Shown here: one piece after another, positions 55,379 through 64,000 of the stretch
Position numbering within the stretch: position 1 is the first letter of the stretch
Layout of the letters: each line of letters starts with the position of its first letter
DNA from: Lingula anatina
Lineage: Eukaryota; Animalia; Brachiopoda
Length of the DNA stretch: 64,000 nt
Direction: 5' to 3'
Assembly (NCBI GenBank): GCA_051362555.1
Contig: CM120648.1
Span: 5,824,587 to 5,888,586 of the forward strand
Notes under the pieces: generated by a model
Seen by the model: only the letters and a program-made list of their open reading frames with translations
The model's database searches: none
What the model was told of the DNA's origin: nothing
Made by a program: the position numbers and the translations under genes

Positions 55379-57675
55379 GACACAAGAGTTTCCCCAATCT
55401 ATGATTAAATACTATAGCAAAGATGTCTAAATCTCATGCAGTTCTTCCTCTTTGATCTCAGAAATCAATTGTTTGTTAATCCACAAAAAAAAACAACTTG
55501 TCTAGCCTGTCCACAGAAGTGTTGAAAGTAAAATGCCACCGTTAAGTATGTTTCTGTCAACCATGTCCTTGGCACTTAAAAATCGCCAACATATAAAACT
55601 CTGACCAAGGGCCATCTTCCATAGCAACATATCTTATTATTGCTGTTAGTGGTTATAGTGGTAGTTGTTTTTAGCAGTACAAATCCACAGAGCACTGTGT
55701 GACACATCTGCTGCTTTACAGCACACATGCACCTCTGTCTTGCACTTTTTTTTTCCCGAGAATGCAAATTTCTGAGAACTGATCCTGCCAAAATGTCTGT
55801 AGTTACTCAGGCTACACAGCAGCAACTTTGGTGTTTCACTCTAAATCTTATGTGTTTGCCTTTTTAACACCGCTGATAAGGACAAGCGCACTTCTGAATA
55901 GAGGGAAAAACTATGCCAAACAGAGGCTCGCCAGGGGTAAATGTGATTCTTGAGTCATTTTTTCTATTCAATTAATAAACCTAAATTTATGGTTTTGAAT
56001 TTTGCCTGTTCTTGTTAACTATTTACAGACAAAAGCTAAAAGTGTGTTCCTATTATAACTGTGTGAAAGTAATAAAAAACAGTGTTTTGATTGAAATTAA
56101 GGTAGTAAACATGGACATAAATAAAAAAGAATGGAGTACTCGGGCAAAAAATCTTTATTTGAAAATAAAACCAATTCCACAGTTTTATTTTAAAATATAT
56201 TTAGATGACATTTACATATTTGTGAAAAGGAATCACTTAACCCAATATATGAAAACTGTCTGAGAATGCACTGGGCGTGTAAGAATGAAGCTGTAAATTT
56301 CTATGTCCCCCTCCTCTCAGCCCCTAAAACTACTCTCCAAACACATTGTGCAACCCTCTCTTTTTCAATGCCTCTATTTGCCTACATTATCTCTCTGCTA
56401 AATTATCTACACCTTGCGAATTGTGCTTTACTTTCATCAGAGAATAAAATAGTAAATGATTGGTATGTACACAAAACATTGGTTTGAATTCAGTCTCTCT
56501 ATTATAGTCTAATCAAGAGTCAATCTGTCAACCAAAAGCCATAATATGTCAACTTGGTAATAATAAATTACTTTATGGCTTTTCTGCATACAACACTTGT
56601 CAAGTGAATTGTCTACGAACTCTGATTTCAATCCATTGAAATTTTGTGTACTTTGTAACTGTAAAATTTACAAATAAATTCCGGTTAACAATCACATGGA
56701 ATGCACTTTATTCACACAGGATTTATATATCAAATTCAGTAAATCAATTAATGTTAGCACAACTCAAAAACAACAAATGAATACAGTTTGAAAAAAGATA
56801 AACTAGTAGTAAAGCATTCAAGGATGGGACGGAGCAAAAACCTAAACATAAAGATGAATTGAATTTATTAAAAACAGACTGAATCAAATAAAGCATGAAC
56901 TGGTCTCTATTTTCTCCTTTTTAAAGGCCACAGTTAACGGTTTTTACACAAAACAAAAAAATATTGTTTCTAAAATCTAAAATAGCAGTATTATTATCTG
57001 TGTTATTATCATTATCTATGCCTTAAAATTTCAAGGACAGTAGATTTTGTCCATGCTATTAGTCTACAGATCCTATACCCCATGAAAAAAGTATTATAGA
57101 CAATGTTATGTAAATACTCAAGAGTTCATTTTCATTGCTTCTTTTTTATTCCATTAATTTTGTACACAGGAATACTGATCTTCTAAATGACATAACAAGC
57201 ACTGACAAATTGGGTAACAAGAACAAATATCAATCTAATTGGCACAATGAGAGCTGTGATGAATAATTGAGCAAGTTAATTGAAATGGAGGTATTGCTAT
57301 TGATTTGCTATGAGAAGGAAGTTAGCACTGGCACTTTACAATGACTGAAAACTTATAATGAACACCTCATTGTCAATTTAGGGAAAGTAAATGGAAATGT
57401 CTTGCTTTTTTCTACCTTGCTGGATTCATCCCTTCTCTCAATTTTGATAAAGGACATAACTGATATCAATTTCTTTTTGAAACACTGTTTCTCTCTCTTC
57501 CTTTCTCTCTCCCTCTCTCTCTGTGCATTTTCCCCTCTCTTTCTCTTTCAGATGTATACACAGATACAGACTACACATTAACTCTCCATTAAGAACTTCA
57601 TTCTAGCTTCAGCTTTACTCTTCCTCCCTTCCCCTTTCCCCTGTCCTCTCCCTCCCCCCTCCTCTCACTCAACCT

Positions 57676-58135
57676 TTCCTCCCAGTCATTCCCCCTCCTC
57701 CTCCCCCTCCCTCACCCCTTCCTACCAATCGTTCCCCGTCCTCCTCCTACTTCTCCCCCTTCCTCCCAGTCATTCCCCCTCCTCCTCCCCCTCCCTCACC
57801 CCTTCCTACCAATCGTTCCCCGTCCTCCTCCTACTTCTCCCCCTTCCTCCCAGTCATTCCCCCTCCTCCTCCCCCTCCCTCACCCCTTCCTACCAATCGT
57901 TCCCCGTCCTCCTCCTACTCCTCCCCCTTCCTCCCAGTCATTCCCCCTCCTCCTCCTCCTTCCTTCACTCCTTCCTCCCATTCATTCCTCCTCCTCTTAA
58001 CTTCACTCCTTCCTCCCATTCATTCCTCCTCCTTTTTCCTTCACTCCTTCCTCCCATTCATTCCTCCTCCTCTTTCCTTCACTCCTTCCTCCCATTTATT
58101 CCTCCTCCTCCTCCTCCCCCTCCTCCTCCCCCTCC
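57676..58135. repeat. Pyrimidine-rich minisatellite (84-bp period, then ~40-bp units)
   Basis: TTCCTCCCAGTCATTCCCCCTCC recurs at 57676, 57760, 57844 and 57928. CTTCACTCCTTCCTCCCATT units follow. Confidence 0.92.
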
Positions 58136-58147
58136 TCTCACACTCAC

Positions 58148-58197
58148 CTGTCTCCTGAGGTATGGCCACCACCTTGTAGGCAGCAGAACCATCAGGT
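58148..58197 (-). CDS. Candidate second exon of the longest PLEKHG5-like transcript
   Basis: tttttcag| acceptor and CAG|GTGAGT donor, 50 nt. Reads (G)PDGSAAYKVVAIPQET (phase 2->1) or MVLLPTRWWPYLRRQ (ends phase 0). Confidence 0.6.
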
Positions 58198-59967
58198 CTG
58201 AAAAATAATTTTAAAAAAAACAATCCACAAATTTCAAGCAACTCAGTTATTTAATTATTTTATCTTTTTTTTTAGTTTCATTATTCCTTGTCACCCACAA
58301 AAACACTGCTGCATGTCACATATTTTTAAAATATAAATCATCCTTTTTAGGAATTGTGTACTTTGGAAATTCCTCCTCTTGCAATAACAATTGAATAATT
58401 CAAACAGTCCACTTAAAATACACTAAATATCCAGACAAAATAATTAGTGAGAAAAAAAACATACAAGTTTAAGGGGACATGAATTCAATTTAGACTGAAT
58501 AGGCAGTAGTGGCAAATTTGCAGCAACTCTGTAATAAAATCTTTGCAATCTATAGGTATGTTTCAACCCTTATGAGCTGACCATGGCCTAGAGAGAATAA
58601 GTAGTAAGTATGTAGTAGGTATGTTCAGTGTAATGAACCCAACATGTGTATTACAACAATTTTTACTATTATAATTCCATGTATTCTACCCACCTGGCCA
58701 TTCCTTGAATAGTTATACCCATTATGGAGGCTTAAACCAAGTCCTCTTACTCCAGTGATATCGGTGTACTCCAATCTCTTATTTTTTAGAGAATAAGTAT
58801 TTATATGGACATTGCTTCGTGTCCGCACTCTAAGTTATGTGTATCATTATGGATAGGAATAATATAATAGTATTGATATCATCCTTTGGTGAATATCTAT
58901 TTATAAGCTCAACAGTGCTAATGTATCATTGTTTTTAAATATCCCAATTGAAAATAAACTTGATTTATCTTGACAGCTTATGAGGTGTCCATTTTTTTAA
59001 ATTAAGGCCAGTGCCTATTATTCTTAATACATTCCAAATCCAATATAAACTTTCAAAATCTGATTGAAAGTTTTTCATTGGTTCTTACCACAAACAAAAC
59101 AGCTGTTAATACATATTACTCTCAGACACAAGCCACAGTATGTTTTCTAACTTATTTTCACACCTGTAATTCTGGCATTGTTTTCTAGCTTTCTGTAGAA
59201 TCCCATACAGGTATTTTGAAAATGACAGTGCTTTGTGATCAGCCACAGAATAATAAGAAGTCTCCAGAACTGGCTGTAATGAGGACTATGACCGTCCTGC
59301 TGACTCAAAGTGATTCCAGTGATTTACAACTTTAAAAATCCAGACTGGTGGTCCTTGCTCATCTTGGCTATCTGATTACAATTCAAAAATGTTCAGGCAA
59401 AATGGCTGCTGTAATCTCCAAAGTTTCCAGGATGGTAATTCACATCAACATTATATCACAGCAGCTATAATGTCCACACTGTATAGTCTTTAGGCTGACT
59501 GAGGTGCAAATCCATTTAATCACACCAATAAAATTGGATTTAAAAAAGTCAATTTTTCCCAGGATGACTTCATGAGCAGTAAAATGGTTAATTGCTGCCC
59601 CAACCCTTAATTGGCTTATCATGGAATACAAAAAATGTCATTGGAGCAAAATAAACATAGCTTGTGTTTTTATCATTATTACTCTTCATGACACTAACTC
59701 AACAAAAACGTTAAGTATGATTTTTAGATATATCTGCCCTCTTAAAAGAGTGGATTAAATTCATATCAAGACAATCTCTCTTCCAGTAGCCATGCAGTTA
59801 AATGCCCCTAATGTCAACAGTAAATCAGGTAAACAAGATCAATAATATTTATTGATAAGTTTGGACCAGATCAATACAAGAAACCGTGTGCCTATTGTGA
59901 ACTATGGGATCAGTCAGCTCATTCAAGTGAATGAATGATATGAACAAAGACCCTGTTGCGTGTTGGT

Positions 59968-60020
59968 GGGGGGGGGGGGGGGGGGGGGGGGGGGAGGGGG
60001 GGGGAGGGGGGGGGAAGGGG
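59968..60020. repeat. Poly-G tract
   Basis: Directly visible; long homopolymer lengths may be unreliable. Confidence 0.9.
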
Positions 60021-60288
60021 TAGTGATGAAAGGGCATACATTGAACATGATCGTGGCTATATATACTGTACATTATTACCTACATTGTGTAACAGATAGG
60101 CGGTACACCATTCTCAGATTTGCCTATGTTTACTTGGTAGCTTACAATTCCGGAATACACGAAAATATAAATCTTTACTGAGAGAGAGAGAATGAGGGAG
60201 AGTGGGGACAGAGAAAGAGAGAGAGAGGGGCGGGGAGGGAGAGTGGGTGGAGAAAGAGAAAGAGAGGGAACGTCCATATTTCACTCAC

Positions 60289-60400
60289 CCACTATTGCAA
60301 ATATCCATCTCGATTAAAAAACCTCAGATTTCTACACTCTACACAAATTTCCCCAAGAGGACGGGAAAAGAGTCTGTTACTCCTCAATTTAGCGTGGCTT
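60289..60400 (-). other. Candidate first exon of the PLEKHG5-like gene (5' end approximate; possible ATG at 60308, MDICNS)
   Basis: Donor TGG|GTGAGT at 60288. The ATG frame ends in phase 2, matching the 58197 exon. Adjacent to a CpG-rich motif cluster. Confidence 0.5.
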
Positions 60401-60465
60401 GTCGCCCGTCAACCCGGAAGTGATGTTGAAAGTCCCGCCAACATTCACGATATCTCTCGAGATCA
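60380..60465. promoter_or_regulatory. Putative promoter of the PLEKHG5-like gene
   Basis: CpG-rich segment with ETS-type CCGGAAGT (60414-60421), E2F-like TCCCGCCAA (60433-60441) and palindromic TCTCGAGA (60455-60462). Sits where the CpG-poor region ends. Confidence 0.5.
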
Positions 60466-61286
60466 TCATTTTTTTTTTTTTTTACCTTACTTATTTATTT
60501 ATTTATTCCATTTACTTTATGATATATAAAAACTGATACTGCTTCTGAATGGGATTAACGCGAATAAAACGCTATATACATGTAAGAATGAAACTATCCT
60601 AAAATGTTGTTAATTACAGCGTAACTACAATTATTTGTACCATTACCTTTTGAATATCTCTGGCTTGTTACAGTGGACTTGTTATATCTTTGCCTGGTTT
60701 TTTAACATTTCTTTGAAGTGTTCATAATGCTTTAATATTCTGAGAGCACAAATAAAGACACACTGTTTGTTTAATATTTGTTTACTGATTGGTATACCAA
60801 CAAAATGCATAAAATGACCTTAAATAAATTTGGTAATATGCAGCATATCTGACAGCATTCCTTTACTTAAGCAGTATTTTTTTTTTCGCCCTCTCGCACC
60901 GATTTCGGGGTCCCCAGAGGATGTCATCCATAACAATAAAAGAAGTGTGGCCTAACGAAAAAGTCAGAATCTAACAGACATGACGTAGCTATACCAAAGT
61001 ACATGTACAACCGTAGTGTGGACTTTCCTCCAAAAATTACTTCCTATCGGATTTTCTGCTACTCAAATACCTGACTTGTCCCTGCACTTGGAGTCGATGT
61101 TTTCTCCTTTTTTATTTTTTGTCTTTTTTAATCACTTCTTGACGTGTAAATCCAAATGGCCAGCCACCTTGACCAACATGTTTTCCTGTACATTTCGAAA
61201 GTTTAAATCTTTTTTCCACAGTAAAAGTGAAAGAAACATTTCAAATGCCAATTGAAGTGTGCGCTAAAAATGCATCGTTTCTAGAA

Positions 61287-61460
61287 GGGGCCGTAGCGAT
61301 AGTCCGAAGGTTCAATAGTCCGAAGGTTCATTGGTCCGAAGGTTCTATAGTGAACATTCGGACCAATGAACCCTTGATTAAAAAATCGATGAAAATGTTA
61401 CCACTTTTCGGACCAATGAACCTTCGGACCAATGAACCTTCGGACTATCGAGACGCCCCC
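61287..61460. mobile_element. MITE with 15-bp tandem subterminal repeats, flanked by TTCTAGAA
   Basis: Left (GTCCGAAGGTTCAWTR)x3 and right (TTCGGACCAATGAACC)n in inverted orientation. GGGG/CCCC termini; identical 8-mer on both flanks. Confidence 0.85.
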
Positions 61461-61751
61461 TTCTAGAACGCATCAGTTTACTCAGAAATGATGGACGCCA
61501 TGTTCCGATATGTGCAGTTTACAATTTCAAACATACAAGGTCTAAATACAAGCCTGAATGTAATCGAATTACAGTTCTTACCATCAAAGAATATCCTTTA
61601 TGTCGTCAACTAACAAATAAAAATCAACAGAACTCACGAGTACAAATATTCCACAGTTACCAATACTGCAAACGTTGTCTCATTCTCTATAATATAAAAA
61701 GGCACATGTGTGAAAAACTGAGCATAAATACCATATTTCTAAAGCTCACAG

Positions 61752-61757
61752 TTTATT
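61752..61757 (-). terminator. Candidate polyadenylation signal (AATAAA) of the CYP gene
   Basis: Plus-strand tttatt about 470 nt downstream of the stop codon. The hexamer is common in AT-rich DNA. Confidence 0.3.
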
Positions 61758-62221
61758 ACATGTGCAAAACATACGAAATAGTTATATATCATATAAAATT
61801 AATATTAATATAATTAACACATTACTTATACACCAATGATCGACGAGGGAAAATTCCAATCAACCTTAAAGCTGAACTTTTCCTCAAAAGAAAGTCTATA
61901 TTCTTAATTATGAATGACGGAGATGAATTATACAAATAAATGAAATTACGAGCAATAAAATCTGCGTAGGTCCGAAACCAGCGTATCGCCATTCTACAGT
62001 GCTATCATGAACTTTAACGACAGGCTACAAGGTCATAGACCACTACATGATGTCACAAAATTCTAGATGACGTCAACAACTTTACATGTGATGCTGGAAG
62101 GTATCATTCACCCTGGCTTGAAAATGATAGGTTTGCATTTGATGAACCGAATCCTAATTTTTTTTGGTGTTGTATCCATGGAGTCCACCTGCACGACACT
62201 TGGATGATGCATGTAAATGCG

Positions 62222-62302
62222 TTAAAGAGATCGTTCTTCCACCTTCAAAATGATAGGTTTTCCTGGACGATTTGGTTTGTCTTTTCTCGTTGTTATTTCA
62301 GT
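62222..62302 (-). CDS. Cytochrome P450 terminal coding exon
   Basis: ttttcag| phase 0, TEITTRKDKPNRPGKPIILKVEERSL*. Resembles the CYP3A C-terminal P.KPI.LK motif. Confidence 0.85.
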   Translation of the reverse strand, partial: TEITTRKDKPNRPGKPIILKVEERSL

Positions 62303-62353
62303 CTGAAAATAAAGGTTATGAATACTCGTTAAAGTATTAATATAATCAAGCAG

Positions 62354-62526
62354 CAGGCCCGTAGCCAGGGGGGGTTCGGGGGGTTCAAAAGAACCCCCCT
62401 TTTTGCTGGAAAAAGGTCCACTCTATGTAAAATTTGACCTACGTACATGGGGATTATATGGTAAAAGGTCTACTTTTTCAGAAAAAGAACCCCCCCCCCC
62501 CTTTGAAATAGCTGGCTACGGGCCTG
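62354..62526. mobile_element. MITE family A in the last CYP intron, 5-bp TSD AGCAG
   Basis: Perfect TIR CAGGCCCGTAGCCAG / CTGGCTACGGGCCTG, with AGCAG on both flanks. Confidence 0.92.
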
Positions 62527-62898
62527 AGCAGTATGTTTTGTGACATGCCAAAACATATCAGGACTCATCCGAAATAAATTTATATAAGGTCGCAGCTATA
62601 TATTTAAGCAAATTTTTATATCATTTTTACTCGCCACCTCAAACAAAATTAACTCTTTTTATACTGCCAAAGGATATGATAGACACATCAACAAGGAGGA
62701 AAACACTTTAAATGAGCAGATGAAAAGTTGGCAACAATTTTATATGATCAGGGTTATAAGGGGGAAATTAGCCACTTGAAGCTGCGGCGACCATCATCTA
62801 GGTTTTATTATTCCTCATTAAATGTAATCGGCACATCAAACCACACCAATCAATTCAGTATATCTCTGTCGACAGGTGTCACTACATGTTTCACCTAC

Positions 62899-63061
62899 CG
62901 GTGTTTCGTCACAGGTTTTGATGGTAAAACGCTGCAGTATTTTCACTAGGGCTATCTTCATCTCAAGCTTAGCCAGTCGCATACCAATACAATTTCGCGG
63001 TCCCATACCAAACCCCAAGAAAGCGAACTGGTGCCGTCTGGCTATGGCGTCCGGTGTAAAC
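62899..63061 (-). CDS. Cytochrome P450 (clan 3) heme-binding exon
   Basis: ttttgccag| and |gtaggt, phase 2->0. FTPDAIARRHQFAFLGFGMGPRNCIGMRLAKLEMKIALVKILQRFTIKTCDETP contains FxxGxRxCxG with the clan-3-type PRNCIGMR. Confidence 0.95.
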
Positions 63062-63630
63062 CTGGCAAAATGAGAAATTAGGATGTGCTGGACATGAACC
63101 AATTTGAAACATGGCGGGCAGCATTTTCCATAAAAAACTTACTTTCACTGTAGTAACGTACACATACGAATGTTAAACACGGCTCATTCTGCTTGAACCC
63201 CACCCCCACTCGCACCCCAGCCCCTCTGAATTTTGTGCCGCTCAATGTTAAAAGGGGCTTATTTAAGGAAATAACTGTTCCAAATAATGTGGTGGCGTGT
63301 GTGGGCGATAAAACTATGACAAATCTATGTATAATTTTTAAAATTTCAGCCGTCGACTTTTCAGGCTAAAAGACTTGATTCTGGAGATTCTTAATTGATA
63401 GTTGCTTATATTCTTTGTTTCATCCTCTACATCCAATGCAATTTAAAACAAGGTCTTTGGCCAAAGATTTAAGGGGGATTCTTTTTGTGAAAAATGGACC
63501 TTTTTGCCATAACGGGTGAGAAAATAGATCAATTATTGACTCGGAACATAGTATTCTTAACCAATAGGGCAGTTCGAAACCCCTTAACCCCGTTGGCCCG
63601 TACCGTGAGCCTCAAAACCAACATTTGTAC

Positions 63631-63768
63631 CTTTCAGGATCGAATTTGTCCGGGTCGAGCCAGTAGTCCGGGTGTCTGTGTATGGTCTTGATTGGGATAA
63701 CACACGTGGTTCCCTTGGGTATCTTTAATCCACGCACCACCACGTCCTCCGTGGCTACCCGGTCTACC
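63631..63768 (-). CDS. Cytochrome P450 (clan 3, CYP3A-like) exon ending in the PER(F) motif
   Basis: cttaccag| and |gtac, phase 2->2. (R)VDRVATEDVVVRGLKIPKGTTCVIPIKTIHRHPDYWLDPDKFDPE(R). Confidence 0.93.
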
Positions 63769-64000
63769 CTGGTAAGAGGGACGGGATAATTAATTTTTAT
63801 TCTTACATACAGGTATATTGTGTTACACGGGCAAAGCGATACGCATTGTATACAGGTTAAACCATTTCTTTTTAATATTTGGTTAAGCAAAGTCTAATAC
63901 ACTTGAACACGTCAGTCGCAGGGCTATTAAGGCGTATTTTAACATGTGGTCGAAATGGTTTAAAGGTATGGCCAGGTATTTCCTATTACTTTGACTTCAA

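Noticed and set aside
61300-61450. Short regularly repeated units that might suggest a CRISPR array
   Set aside because: Units are adjacent with no unique spacers, are arranged as inverted arms of a MITE, and sit in a eukaryotic genome with no cas genes.

Overview
AT-rich, intron-rich animal genomic DNA. It looks like a marine invertebrate, probably a mollusc (inferred only from composition and repeat types). There are no prokaryotic features, and most of the ORF track is spurious. Two spliced genes lie on the minus strand. (1) The 5' half of a PLEKHG5-like RhoGEF. Five exons at 30540-23935 join with consistent phases and encode the conserved N-terminal Cys/His motif (VCHHSDCQ...LCAECD...H...GHLRFDLP) and the Ras-binding-like domain (CFTLKFD...LGGTQLTVK). 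A probable promoter lies near 60.4 kb, with many candidate alternative first or cassette exons between 60.3 kb and 16.4 kb. No DH/PH exons were found; they presumably lie left of the window. (2) The last three coding exons of a clan-3 cytochrome P450 (63768-62222), followed by an in-phase partial duplicate of the last exon. Introns carry several MITE families, three of them with 5-bp target-site duplications, plus a 260-bp near-perfect palindrome, an 84-bp minisatellite, a tandem repeat that duplicates a splice acceptor, and microsatellites. All homology calls come from manual translation and recall of protein families, not database searches. I see no evidence of a wholly new biological system; the best leads are the alternative N-terminus array and the 5-bp-TSD MITEs.
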